The notes below the pieces were generated by a model, which was not told the origin of the DNA, ran no database searches, and was given only the letters and a program-made list of their open reading frames with translations. A DNA stretch of 64,000 nt from Octopus bimaculoides (lineage: Eukaryota): assembly GCF_001194135.2 (NCBI RefSeq), contig NC_068992.1, positions 66,671,950 to 66,735,949 of the forward strand, written 5' to 3'. This document shows, piece by piece, positions 13,096 to 27,357 of this stretch. A program made the translations under genes and the position numbers. Within the stretch, counting starts at the first letter, position 1; every line of letters starts with the position of its first letter.

Positions 13096-14221
13096 TCTTT
13101 TCTATCAGTATCGTTTTACAGTGTACACGTACTGCCACAAACAATGCAAACCAGCAAAGCAGTTGCAGGTTACGACTGCATTTTTGCTTCTTTTCCATGA
13201 GAAGAAGTTAGGAAGCATTAGAAAAACACTATAAATTATTCTTCTCTACATCTGCTTATGTCTTTGGAGTGGATTGAAGTAATTAAAAGTATTATTGTGG
13301 GATGAATTATTTAGTCACGCTGGATCTTATCGATTAATCTTGGAAGATCTGTCTTTGTGGGTTTGATTTGTTGCGGTGTTGAATATTTTCAGTTGGTAAA
13401 AATGAAGGAATTATGGCATTGGAAACCTGCTTTGGATGTTTGCAACGGAATAAACTCTGTGAAAGGCAACCAAAGAGGAGAGGGTAAAATAGATATTTAC
13501 TAACCAACGTATACATGCACATCTACACACGAATATATACATGTATATACACACATATGTATGCATAAATATATACATGTACAGACGTATTTATATATAT
13601 ATATATATATATTCATGTATATTGTATATATTTACACAAACATAACACACACACACATATATATACATATATGCATCCATGCATATATATACACATATAT
13701 TTATCTAGAATCACTGCTCAATACTGTACCAGATTAGAGTTCAAATGCTTTCAACTTTTTAACATCTTGCCTAAAATTTCCTAATGGATTGGATGTAAGC
13801 TTTTTTAAAAGAAATCCTGGATAACTTTAATTTGATGTGGGATCTCACCTCAGCAACAAATAAAGAAGGAATCAAAGCAATGGTATCTCACTCCTCTACC
13901 TTTCACCGACCACATAAGGAAGACTGGGAAAATGAAAGTGGCCTTAATGGAAGAACCCCAGCATGGGGCACTTCCATTATTTGTTTGGATAGAATATCTT
14001 GAAGTAATCTTTATAGATACAAAGGAAACCTCTAAACCTTCTCTATTCTACTCCACCAATGTCAAATGTATCGCCTCCCTATTTCCTCTTCCTCGTACGT
14101 GTGTGATGTCGAAAAGACGAGTTCACTTTATATTATTGTCCGAATTTACCGGGTCTGATTAAATGTTTGGAAAATTCGTTTTATGTTAATATTAACCACA
14201 TGTTACTGTTCTAGAAATATA

Positions 14222-14250
14222 TTCCCGCCTTACAGTTGTCACGTGACTGT
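14222..14250. promoter_or_regulatory. E2F-like TTCCCGCC plus palindromic E-box GTCACGTGAC (USF/MiT-TFE CLEAR type)
   Basis: TTCCCGCC 14222-14229 and GTCACGTGAC 14238-14247; motif match only. Confidence 0.3.
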
Positions 14251-14379
14251 TCCACCACTGCTTTTTTGACGGCCATTAAGGCAAAGCCGTGTCAAATCTT
14301 ACAACAAGCAGCATGTATTTGTGTGTCACACCATGGCAGCGCTTGTAACTAAAAAATTCAACCATAGCAGCATTATGCT

Positions 14380-14436
<57 letters not shown>

Positions 14437-14849
14437 CACTACTACTACTACTGTTGTTGTTCCATCAGGCTGTAAATATTTTGATGTCATTATTGTTCAT
14501 GATGTCCTTATTCTTCGCGCAGATTTTATTGTTGTTGTTGTCGTTAATAATGGCCATATTACCGCTGTTTGGATAATTATGGTCAGTGTTCTGTCTGTTT
14601 ACTTCCCTCCCCCGCCTCTTGTACAGAAATGGCAAGCAGATACCACCATTATGTGCAACATTTCTCATTAATACAGCAACAGCCATGTTGATAATATATG
14701 TTTCCTTTCACACCACAAACAGATAAATAAACAAAATTTTTCTCTTAAATGAGGAAGCTATTTAGCAATTCAGCTCCGCTTCTTCTTCCTTGAAATCTTA
14801 ACAGTAAATGAACACAACAAAATATGGCTTAGAGTACAAAAAATAAAAT

Positions 14850-14902
<53 letters not shown>

Positions 14903-15330
14903 NNNNNNNNNNNNNNNNNNNNNNNNNNNNNNNNNNNNNNNNNNNNNNNNNNNNNNNNNNNNNNNNNNNNNNNNNNNNNNNNNNNNNNNNNNNNNNNNNN
15001 NNNNNNNNNNNNNNNNNNNNNNNNNNNNNNNNNNNNNNNNNNNNNNNNNNNNNNNNNNNNNNNNNNNNNNNNNNNNNNNNNNNNNNNNNNNNNNNNNNNN
15101 NNNNNNNNNNNNNNNNNNNNNNNNNNNNNNNNNNNNNNNNNNNNNNNNNNNNNNNNNNNNNNNNNNNNNNNNNNNNNNNNNNNNNNNNNNNNNNNNNNNN
15201 NNNNNNNNNNNNNNNNNNNNNNNNNNNNNNNNNNNNNNNNNNNNNNNNNNNNNNNNNNNNNNNNNNNNNNNNNNNNNNNNNNNNNNNNNNNNNNNNNNNN
15301 NNNNNNNNNNNNNNNNNNNNNNNNNNNNNN

Positions 15331-15366
<36 letters not shown>

Positions 15367-15740
15367 AGTGTGTGTATGAGAGTAATCAGCGTACAAACAA
15401 GATGATTGACATAATTTTCGATAACAATATGACAAGAGAGAACTAAGAACCTTAGGAATTGACTTAAATATTGAAACACAAATATTCTTGGATGTCGAAA
15501 CGCGTTCATCATTTCCTACATAATTGGAACAATTACAATAACATAGAATTGTCTCTGTAAATGTATTGAGTGGTTTGTTATCATTGGAACCACCGGAATT
15601 TTTCTTACCAGAGTGTTTACATGTTATTACATTTTCTTTGAAAACACGCTGAATATTTATACGAATGTCTTCGAATGTATACCTAATTCTTTGTGGTATA
15701 ATCATAGATGATAACAACAACAACAAGAACTTCAGCATTA

Positions 15741-15808
<68 letters not shown>

Positions 15809-16209
15809 TTCTAAGATGACTACAATGACAAATCAAGCAGAAATATGAATAGTAATGTCAATCACGACATTTATCAACAGTCAGACGACAAAAAAGATAC
15901 ACAAGTTGAGCTTACAAAAACATTTGATTCCGTCTTTAGTCATTTTGTTCTGTCTTTTCTTTTAAATTAATGAAGATGTCAAACTTTACCAAACCCATTA
16001 AAGCGTAAGGAATCGATATAGTCAATTATATTGTTCCTCAATAGATCGTTACTTTTAACGACCACGAACAGATGAAAAGCAAATTTGCGACCAGCAGGTT
16101 TTGAACTCAGAACGTATTAAAATCAAAAGACATTTAGCTCAGTAACTTACCATTTCTGACATTTCATAGAAACATTTCACAGCCTTTTATTATTATCATT
16201 ATTATTATT

Positions 16210-16403
16210 AATCGTTAGTACACCGGGCAAAATGCTGAGTGGTATTTCGTCTACCGCTACGTTCTGAGTTCAAATTTCGCCGAGGTCGACTTTGCCTTTC
16301 AACCTTTCGGCGTCGATAAAACAAGTACCAGTTAAACACTGGGGTTGATGTAATCGACTCACCTCCCCACCAAATGGTTGTCTTTGTGGCAAAATTTGAA
16401 ACC
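16210..16403 (+). mobile_element. SINE, family A (GAGGTCGACTTTGCCTTTCA core), near full length
   Basis: B-box-like GAGTTCAAAT; same core recurs many times in the window; flanked by (TTA)n. Confidence 0.85.
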
Positions 16404-16420
16404 ATTATTATTATTATTAT

Positions 16421-16795
16421 GTTTTATCTTTTTACTTGTTTCAGACGTCGGTCATGCTGGGGTACCATCTTAAAGAACTATCGTCGAACTAATCGACCCT
16501 AGTGCTTTTTTTCCTGAAATCCTGGTATTTATTTTATTGGTTACTTTTGCCAAACCGCTAAGTTACGGGATCGTAAATATTCCAACACCGGTTGTCAAGC
16601 GGTGGTGGGGGACAAACGCGAAGACACATAAATATAGCTCCATATAGACGACAGGTTTCTTTCAATTTCCGTCGACCAAATCCACTCATACGTCTTTGGT
16701 CGGCCCGAAGCTAGAATAGGAAATACTTGCCCAAGTTGCCACGTAGTGGAACTGAACCCGGAAGAATGTATTTGGGAAACAAAAGACTAGCACCA
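16421..16795 (-). mobile_element. SINE, family B (tRNA-like head TTCCCAA...GGGTTCAGTTCCACT...TTGGGCAAGT)
   Basis: Homologous to copies at 26641 and 49781; tail-to-tail with the family A copy. Confidence 0.85.
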
Positions 16796-17374
16796 ATTAC
16801 AGACAATTTTGTCAGTATAATGAAACAACTGACCACATTATTTTCTGTTGTCTGTTCCTTGTCAAATATCTTCAGACACGATCAAGTCGCCAACTACGTT
16901 CACTGTTAAGACGACATTTCTACATGAACAGAGTAAAGCTGCACCGAAGGCAGTACACTGTTAGGATTTGATCCCAGTCATCCTGGACATGGTCAAACGG
17001 AAAAGAAAATCAAAGCAAACCGTTCAGATTAATGCTTGATAGACGTTCTAATATTTTCTGATTAAAACACCAGAACTGTAACGCAAACCACACCAAAGCC
17101 TCAACCACGCAACATCATTAAAACACAAACCAAACATCGACCACACAACAACCATTCTGCACATATTCTGCACAACATTCACAACAGAAGAAATCTTTAA
17201 AATAACAACAGAAACAACAAAACAAGCCCCACAACGAAGGAAAAACCGATGTGATATACAAACACAGTTGTTCCTCACCAAATGATAAATGTTGTATAGA
17301 TGTCAGGGAGATGGAAGTGCAGCATCTGGTGGTGAAGGAGAAATTCACACAAAACTATTGAAAACATGATGATA

Positions 17375-17428
<54 letters not shown>

Positions 17429-18295
17429 CAAAACAAAGATAATGATAACTACAATAAATATAAATAAACCTGTGAATGTATTTATACGTGTAAGCACCCC
17501 CCCCCGCCCTCACAAATACACACATGCCGGAGCATAAATCCACACGCGTGCGTGTGAATTTCTAATGGATCTGTGAAAGAGATCTTGATTCAGATGCACG
17601 TCTCTTAGATAAACACTGAAAATAAACAGAGATGACAAATAGGTCTCCTCGCAGACCTTCCACTCACATCCAACATTTATAGAAATATTCCTGATGTTGT
17701 TGTTGTTGTTGTCCTCTGTTTATTTTTGTATTTCTTTTTTCGTTATTGCTGTTGCTTAAATTCTTTCAGATGCTGCATTTGTTGTAGTTCTTGTTGCTGC
17801 TGTCATTCTTCTTCTTTATATCACCTTCCCACCACCTCTCTCAACGTTGTCATGAATGTAAACGATATTAATAAATTTTCTTCCATTTTTTTCTCGTTCA
17901 AGTCACGCATAATACATTTGTTCTTGTCCGCCATCATTGTTTAAAAGAGACCACAGGAGAAGAGCAACTCAACAACTCGTTTTCAATTCACTTCAACAAT
18001 GCTCTCCACCAAACATCTACTGTAGCTGTCACTTGTATTGCCGCACATTTTGCTAAAACACATCAAAAGCCGTTTTTTTTTACTAAATTTATTTGAATTG
18101 TTTTCTCTGGTTGAAGAACAACTGGTTGCTTTCTGTTTACCAAGTTGTCACAGTCAAGTTTTCCCGACATTCACTTCTTTCTGCTCGCCTTAATTTCTTC
18201 TCATTGTGACTTTTTCAAGAAAAATGGAAAACACATTGCACTCAAAATTGCAATAAATATTGATAGATTTTAAAATGACAACATCAGTAATAATG

Positions 18296-18358
<63 letters not shown>

Positions 18359-18362
18359 TTAA

Positions 18363-18706
18363 GCCAAAAATTGGTACGACCAAAAACACGAAGGCATCAT
18401 CGAAAATGACAATGCAAAGATCCGATGGAATTTTATGATTCAGTGCGACCAAGCGATAGAGAATAGGAAGCCAGGCATAGTCTTAATTGAGAAAGAAAGC
18501 AAACTAAGCTGGATCATAGATATAGCATACCCAGCTGACAACAAGGTATGCACTAAGGAAGAAAGAAAAGTCGATAGCTATGACAGGTTAGCTTGGGAGG
18601 TTAAGCAGTTGTAGTCGATGAAAAAGGTGGTAGTAATACCAATAATTGTCGGAGCCCTAGGAACAGTGAGTAAAAATCTTGAGAAGTATATGGAACAAAT
18701 AGGGGT
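18363..18706 (+). mobile_element. R4/Dong-type non-LTR retrotransposon, restriction-like endonuclease fragment
   Basis: KNWYDQKHEGIIENDNAKIRWNFMIQCDQAIENRKPGIVLIEK...IIDIAYP...IPIIVGALGTVSKNL; RKP(D)/DIAxP/IVGALG motifs of the RLE; one internal stop. Confidence 0.9.
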
Positions 18707-19420
18707 TTTTGATTCTTCTTCTCGACGGAAGATCCTTATTTGGCCTTTACTATACGTAGGAACTGCGCCTTGTGCCTTGCACCAACAGTCTAATTAATTT
18801 CCTCATTTCTTCAGAGCTCATTACAATAAAAGCTATCACACAGTGCCTACTCGACCACATATTGTCGCAGGTTACCTCGGCTTTCATATGTTTATACTTT
18901 GTACAAAGGCGACAATTCCCCGTTGGTATTTTTTCTCACTATAATCTCGATATTTCAGAGACTCATGTCGTGCGAAGTTACGCCGTTGGTAGGCGTATGG
19001 ATCACCACCGCTACTTGCGTCCGTACAGCGTCTTCCATCTTAAAACCCAGGCACATGCTTCTATGTCCCTCGCCTCGACAGACGGAGCACATAGCTACCC
19101 GCACGTGAGCTACGGCTTCCTTCAAATTTTCTTTAGAAGGAACATGGAAGTCCCTTCCATTTCTTCGGAAACAGAAAGGCTTATAGTTTTTGCTCCCCTC
19201 CCAAAGAAAGTAACCCCTGTGTGTTGCTATATAGGAGCCATGGTAAGAATGGCGGAAGGAAGTGGGTGGTTTGTGGGACAAAGAAGAAGAAGAAAGGAGG
19301 TGGACAAATAAGAAATGTCGGACCTGCGCAACAAGAAGAGTAGACATCAGAGTCGGTGTATGTGATGGTCAGCATCAGTGCGCATGTGTGAGACAATAGT
19401 ATGTCTGTGATCCGAACAGT
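18707..19420 (-). mobile_element. Unclassified GC-richer element remnant with decayed ORF (possibly retroelement ORF1/gag-like)
   Basis: Abrupt junction with the RLE fragment; minus frame contains CSVCRGEGHRSMC (CX2CX4HX3C, one residue short of a zinc knuckle). Confidence 0.3.
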
Positions 19421-20534
19421 GCGAATGTGAATGTATTTGTCTACTTACTGGAAAGAAGAGGGGGGGGGGGCGTGGAAAGACTGAAAATGTATTCTAGTTG
19501 GAAGGAAGGTAAAGAAGCTTGGCAGAAATTTTGGATATCACAGACGTAAAAGATAAGGTTTTATTTCAGAAAGTAGTTTCAAAAAATTCCAAAAGATTAG
19601 TAATATAATTAGTCCAAGTAAAATTTGGAAGCAGGAAAATAACCAGATTCAGTGATAAAACGGCAAAACTTCGATGAGAGAAGTGTGAAAAAGGGGGTCC
19701 ACGAAGATGATGCCAATGATGGAATTATATGTGAAAACAACATTGAAATAAGAAAACTTTGAACGACTCATAAATATAGATGGATAAAGACACAGAGTGC
19801 CAGGAATTAAATTAAAGTCAAATGTAACATATGTAGGAATAAATGAATTAGCTAAAATACATTATTAAACAAGTCAGAAAGAGAAACTAATACAAAAATA
19901 TTTTCTTGAAGTAAGGTGTGCAATAAATGAACGCGGCATTGCTAGATCGGTACTGCACGAATAATAACAAATAATTGTAATGTAATCAGTTGGAAGGAAG
20001 ATACATTAATAATATCAGACAGGGAAAAAAATAATAAGAAAATTAATAACATTATTTAGAGTGCGTTATTGAAAATTTAAAATTGGTGAGTTGTATGTTT
20101 TTTTTCAGTGAGAGAAGTCACAGGATTATTATTAAAAATAGAAAGAAACGAAAAAAAAAACTGTCAGAAAATGACGACAGTCAGTTTAGATAGGTGTAAG
20201 ATGAGGAGTAATAACTGGGAGGTAGACGGGAAATTGATGGAGAAAGAATATATGCACGTGTTAGCGCGCGCGTGTATGTGTTTTCGTGTATGTATATATA
20301 TAACATATAAGTGTGTGTGTGTGCGCGTGTGTATGTGCACGCGCGTCTGTCTATCTCTCTGTCTATCTATCTAACTATCTATTTAGATAGATAGACATAT
20401 ATACATATACATACATGTATATATGCATATCATATACATAGTTGTATGACTAAAAAGCTCGCTAAACAAACGCGTTGTTCAGAGTTCGATCCATTGACAG
20501 TACCGCTAACAAACATATATACATATATTCATAT

Positions 20535-20618
<84 letters not shown>

Positions 20619-21041
20619 ACACACCCACACACCCACATGCACCCCCCACACACATGCACACACACACACGCACACACACATGGGTGTGTGTGTGTGTTGA
20701 AGCAGTCGTTTACGCATGAGTCGTTGATCAAGATTTTCAAAACGACTATAAAGATAAGCGTTTCCTTCAAACATTCGATTCATATTTAAAAAAATATTCA
20801 GGCAGTGTGTGCGTGTGTGTGTCAGTATGAAGAAAGAAAGGCAACTAAATAAATAACAAGATATCGAAATAGACAATAAAAATAAGAGAAAATCAGCGAT
20901 ATTTGCGATATTCCGTAGCCATAAGGATGTTGGTTGTTAGGTTATGTACACTAGGAATTACATTGATGAAACTAAAGGAAAACGCTTTTTAGAAGGACAT
21001 TGTATCGTAATGTTTGCTGTACTGCATGGCAACATGTCTTG

Positions 21042-21116
<75 letters not shown>

Positions 21117-21837
21117 TGCGACTCTATTTTCTCTCTCGCTCTATGTGCCTGTGCGTATATATATATTTATGTGTTTGTGCGTGTGTGTGTGGATGGTGGG
21201 TGGGTGTGCGTGCTTACACAATCAGACACATAGTATATAGAAGGAAAGAGACAGCTACACATATATACGCATACATACTCTTACACACACACATACACAC
21301 GCATATAAAGACAGGCGAATAATTCATTTGCAGCCGATGAAAATATTTTGTTGAAAGAAGTGGGAAAATGTTGAGATTGTAAGTAGATAGGTATCTGTTG
21401 TCTGTCAGCGTTGAAAACAGAGATAATTGCACCATGTTCGGTGCATATGAATAAATGATATGTTGTGAATACAGAAATGAACGAGACACGAGGATTACAA
21501 GAAGGAAAAAAGAAAAAAGAAGAAGATCCCTCAATACAAAGAGAAGGAAAAAAATATCAGTTGTTTCTGAAGGCTATGAAGCATTAGATGTTGTAAATAT
21601 TGTCATGAAACCACTTGATTACAATAAAAACATCCATGAACAAACAGATGTACGGAAAATAAACTACGTATATGGCAGATGACCACTCGGATATGTAAGC
21701 CATTGGGTGATCAGTTTGGCGACGTTCAGGGGAAAATTGCACCACTATGATGGCATATATTATGATGATGGTGATGATGGCAACGATGATGATCTTGATT
21801 ATAATGATAATGATGGTGATGGTGATGATTAAAACTG

Positions 21838-21883
<46 letters not shown>

Positions 21884-22640
21884 CATACGAGAAAAGTAAC
21901 TAAAAGAAATTGGAAACCAAAAGAAAAGCTGTCATTTCTAAGTTGTTGTCCCTTAGTTTACAGTGTGCATCGAGGAAGGAAGGGATGTCAATCAAAGTGA
22001 TATGTTGCTATGACAACCAACACAGGGCGAGTTCCCTTGAACTCAGGATCAAATCACGAGGTAAGAAATATTTCAACATATCTCTACTGCAACAGCAATC
22101 AAGAAACCCCAGATTTAAATTTCGATGCCACATATTTCAGCCTGGAGGACCAAAAAGATACAATTCCTTTAAAAGATGCTATAAGACTGTAAGTCAGGGA
22201 ACCAAGAAGCAATTCACTCGGAAATAATCCTGAAGAGCGGAAAATCGCTTTCCATGAGCTCATGCCGGGTTTTATAATGGTTTTAGAATGAAAGAGAAAG
22301 ATACCAAGATGAAGCCGATAGATGACAAATCGTATGGTGTAGTTGTTAAGACATGATATTAAATCATAATTGTCAGGTTAGGCTAAAAGTAGTTGATGAA
22401 GACTGCTTTGTTAAAATCTTATTAAATATTCTAAAATTACCAACTAATAAGGAACAACATCAAATAATCTTTATACATACATACATACAAACATACTCAC
22501 ACACATACATACATACATGTATACGCATGTGTGTGCATGAATGAGTATGTATACACGCATGCATACATATACTTGCGTATATATACGCGCATATCTATCC
22601 ATCCATGCATCCATCCATGCATCCATCCATCCATCCATCC

Positions 22641-22708
<68 letters not shown>

Positions 22709-23882
22709 GTACGTATATAAGATTTACCAGCAACATTTTCATTTTGGATAATTTTCTAACATAAATCATTTCTATTTGAAACGTTTCTGGCAACCTTGTA
22801 TCAAATAATTCATTCAAAGTAAAGGAAGTTAGATGTTAAGACTTAAATCAGATCTGTGTATACAACATATGTGTATTAGACGTATGAGCAAGATGTACAG
22901 ACCACCAATTATGTTTTCTATAAATCCTAAACTATGTTTTGAAACATTCCGGAGGCCTGCTTACACAGGGGACTCGACTGACATCTTAGATAATCACTGA
23001 GATTCTATAGAAAGAGAGTTAAGAGAAGAAAAAAACTCTTAAACCAGTTTAGTTTTGACTCACTGGCAGTTACTTCCTAATATGTCAATATGAATTTGGT
23101 CAAATAGTGGTGGGTAATCTTGAGGTTAGTGGATCGAGATAGTGTTGAGGGAGCGCATTATTGTCGTAATCTGGGTCAGCTTAGATAAGAATATAAGACA
23201 AGGAACCAAATAATGTATGCTCAAGGCATAGTTTCCAACGCCATAGTTTCTACACTAACCGGATTAGCGAATAGTTTGACTATTTCAAGGAAAACCTATT
23301 CATATAGTTTATTCTTGGCCTAAATTCTTTAATCCCTCAACATCTTTTACAGTTACATTTCAAAGCTGTTTTGTCATGTAGAGATTTAAAAGTTATTTTG
23401 TTTTATTTTCCTGAAACATTGTACAATTATTTTTGGAAATGTATTCTTGATCATAAACGGACTTGAATATTCTTGTTTTTCTCTCGGTTATCAATATTAA
23501 GACCCAAATGTATCCGTCCACATATAAATGTTACAAACGAATTTATCTCCTGTCATCACATCGTTACCATTTTTAGTTTGTTTTACAAATGTCGCCATAT
23601 TGTGTACGCCGTCGCTGTTACCGTCATTTTGCCGCGTCTACGCTAAGATTAATGTTTTTCCTTGGTAAAGTATTGTTATTGATGTTGCTGTTATTTGACC
23701 AGTTGCTGCCCAATACTCAAGAGATTTATATTTACTTTCCATCAAAGAAGTATGTTGGCTGCTGTTACTACAGGAATAATCTATTGCAGTCACAACTGTA
23801 ATCACGTTGAAATGAATTCCTATTATGAAAGCAGAGAAAGAACGAATAACAAAATCTCTTCCTTTAGGCGGGAAAGATACAC

Positions 23883-23918
<36 letters not shown>

Positions 23919-23997
23919 CACCACCACCACCAACACGACGACGACGACGACCACCGCGACCACGACCGCCACGACCACCACGACCACCACCACCAGC

Positions 23998-24114
23998 AAA
24001 TGGATGAATCGCGAAGTAGACCTCGACGGAATTTGAACTCAGCACGTAAAACCGAAACAAATGCCGGGAAGCATTTTGTCCGGTGTGCTAACGATTCTAC
24101 CAACTCGCCGCCTT
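23998..24114 (-). mobile_element. SINE family A, 5' half
   Basis: GTAGACCTCGACGGAATTTGAACTCAG matches the family A core reversed. Confidence 0.8.
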
Positions 24115-24115
24115 C

Positions 24116-24178
<63 letters not shown>

Positions 24179-24294
24179 GAAGTGCGGATTGGAAAGAACT
24201 TAGCTGTCGCTTGAATGCATTACAAGATACTTACTTGCAATAATGTATAGCATATTTCTTTAGAAGAAAACAAAAAACAAAACGAAAAAAAATG

Positions 24295-24830
24295 ATGAGA
24301 TTGTGGAAGAGCGGAAGTTTATCACTGAGAAATGTGATAATCCAGAGGGGATATTTCTGGGAGATTCGTTGTCTCCATTGATTTCCGCGATTGCATTGAT
24401 TTCTTTGACGAGCAAACCGAGAATATATGGAACTGCTTATGAGATAATATATAATCTATTATACATGGGTGACCTCAAAGTGTACGTCGACATAAAAAGA
24501 AAGAAAGATTTGATTCTCTTGATCAAACAGTAAGGGTATTTAAGCTAGGATATTGACATGCAGTTTGTAGGTGAATAGGTTTGTAGTATTGATTACGAAG
24601 GGAGGTCAAAAGATTAAAACTGATGGGATAAAGATACAGCTAAAAGAAAACGTGGGATAAAAGTACCGGGGTTTGCTGCAGAAGGATAAAGAAAAGGGAA
24701 AAGAAATGAGAAAGAAAGTTTTCTAAGACAACAGGAAAATGGTTCGGAAGGAGTTTGAAAGAAAACAAAATGGAGGTAATATCATTAAGGTAATCAATAC
24801 CGGAGCCATGCCAAAGTATCGATTATTTTA
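24295..24830 (+). mobile_element. R4/Dong-type LINE reverse transcriptase fragment
   Basis: VIIQRG/GIFLGDSLSPL (GIFQGDSLSP motif) and NLLYMGDLKVY (HLLYMDDLKLY motif); frameshifts and stops. Confidence 0.9.
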
Positions 24831-24870
24831 AGGACATTACCTCCATCAAGTACAGTAGTAATAGCAGCAG

Positions 24871-24936
<66 letters not shown>

Positions 24937-25143
24937 GGTTTCAAATTGTTGGCCTAAGGCCAACAATTTCGAGGCTAGGAGATTACATCGACCTTAGTTG
25001 TTTAACTGGTACTTACTTTATCGACCCCGAAAGGATGAAAGGCAAAGCTGATCTCGACAGAATTTGAACTCGGAACATAAGGACGCACGAAATGCTGCTA
25101 AGTGTTTTGTCCAGCGTGCTAGCGGTTCTACCAGTTCACCGCA
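24937..25143 (-). mobile_element. SINE family A, full length
   Basis: Full core; (TAA)n arrays on both sides. Confidence 0.85.
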
Positions 25144-25171
25144 TTTAATAATAATAATAATTATAATAATG

Positions 25172-25218
<47 letters not shown>

Positions 25219-25479
25219 TTTTTTTATAATAAGGAGGAGAAAGTCACACAACTGCTTCTTCGTGTTGTTGGCCTGTTCTATAAAGAAGCCGTTTATTTAT
25301 TCAACAAAACTTTGTTATAGCAGTGGCCTGTCGATTTTTTTTCCAGAGGATGGACAAAGTAAATAAATTTTAAAAGAAGAAATAATGAAAGACAAAGAAA
25401 AACAACAAATGGTAAATTAACACTGAACAAAAGAATATAAATTTAAAATATTGAAGATAAAATCAAAGGAAAAAAAAGA

Positions 25480-25754
25480 ATGAAATTCTATGACCGGCAG
25501 AAGATGAAATAAAAGGAGAAAGAACTATTGAAGAAATAGTGAAAGGTAAAGAAGACAGAAAACATTGCGTTTGTTGGGAGACTGGAATAAATAATGGACA
25601 GGCAGCAGGTAGGATGAGTGAAGAAAGCAAGGAAGAGAAGAATAGAAGAAATAAGGATTTGAAAGAAGGTGAAGGAAGAAAAGTCTAAGACAAGAATGAA
25701 TTTCGAAGAAGGATGAAAGGTGTGGAATAAGAGAGAGTGAGAGAGAGAGAGATA

Positions 25755-25836
<82 letters not shown>

Positions 25837-26445
25837 AAAATAAAATAGGCGAAAAATGACATAAAAGAAGGAGGGAACAATATAAGAGAAGAAACGATGT
25901 AAAAATACGGAAGGGGCGAATGAATTTATCGAAAAATAAAATAAGAGGAATGGAGGTGGGGAATGAAATGGAAAAGTAAAATGAAGAAAGAAAGAAGTAA
26001 AAAAGGAAGGAAAACGAAATAGAGACATAACGGAAGACTGAGACGAAAATAAGAAGAAGAGTACAAAGAATGACACCGTAAAAGAAAGAGTGAAAGAAAT
26101 TATAGAAGGAATAAAGAAGTGAATAAGAAGTAATGCAATGTAAGATAGAGAGTTGAAAGAAAGAGAACGAAATGAAAGAGAGAGGAGAAAATAAAGTGTG
26201 GAGGCTGAGATGTATAAGCGAAGAATAGAAGAAGGAATGCAGAGAATAAGTGTAAAAGAAATATTTTAGAAGGAATGCAGAGAATGTGTGAAGAGAAAGA
26301 AATAACGAGAGAAAGAATGAAGGAGAAAAGAAGGGAGAGGACGAATTGGAAAAAAAAAGGTAAAAGAAAGGAGGAAAGAAACGAAGGATATTAAGAATGA
26401 AATGTAAAGAGTAAAAGAAAGAATGAAAAAAGGAAGAACGACATG
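25480..26445. repeat. About 1-kb polypurine (G/A) low-complexity tract including (GA)n
   Basis: Plus strand is strongly depleted of C and T over about 1 kb. Confidence 0.85.
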
Positions 26446-26449
26446 ACAC

Positions 26450-26550
26450 GACTGGTACTTATTTTATCGACTTCGAAAGGATGAAAGACAAAGTCGACCT
26501 CGACGGAATTTGAACGTGAAACGTAAAGACGGACGAAAAATTGCTAAGCG
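26450..26550 (-). mobile_element. SINE family A, internal fragment truncated at (TCTA)n
   Basis: AAAGTCGACCTCGACGGAATTTGAAC core. Confidence 0.8.
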
Positions 26551-26601
<51 letters not shown>

Positions 26602-26640
26602 GTGTCTGTCTGTCTGTCTGTCTATCTATCTACCTATCTA

Positions 26641-26851
26641 TCCCTTTCACCTTTTACTTGTTTCAATCATTGGAGTGCGGCCATGCTGGGGCACCGTCTT
26701 GAAGAATTTTTGTCTACCAAATCAACTCACAAGGATTTTTTGGGCCCGAGACTATAGTAGAAAACACTTGCCCAAGTTGCCATGCAGTAGGCTTGAAGCC
26801 GGAACCATGTGGTTGGGAAGCAGGCTTCTTACCACAGAGCCAAGCCAGCAC
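26641..26851 (-). mobile_element. SINE family B with internal deletion
   Basis: Head and tail match the 16421 and 49781 copies; middle absent. Confidence 0.8.
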
Positions 26852-27197
26852 CAACGTTGGTATATTATATACGTGCATACAGGCCTTGAAATTTCACTGT
26901 GTATTTATTGTAAATGATCAATATGTGTCGATTAGAATCTTTTCTGAGAGTTAACAGTCGCGTTGTGTTTGTTTATTGAATAAAATCTTTGAAAAGCAAG
27001 AATTTTTCATTAAGAAAATATTGATTTCTGGAGAACACATAATCAAACAAATGAAAATACTTACACAACAATCAATCACAACAACAACAACAACAACAAC
27101 AAAAGCGATAACGACAACAATAATTACAATAAAACAATAACTACTTCTACAACAATAGGAATGTAAATAAACGTACATTTATAATTACTGTAAGTTT

Positions 27198-27357
<160 letters not shown>

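Noticed and set aside
21740-21830. Asp/Gly-rich frames from (GAT/GGT)n here and at 51010-51120
   Set aside because: Ordinary decay of GAT microsatellites; no start or splice support
21964-22188. Two plus-strand exon-like pieces (21964-22060, 22141-22188) with good splice sites
   Set aside because: Splicing them gives an early stop; the region may instead be a very old Penelope-like remnant (NNPEERKIAFHEL; KPIDDKSYGVVV), which is itself too weak to annotate
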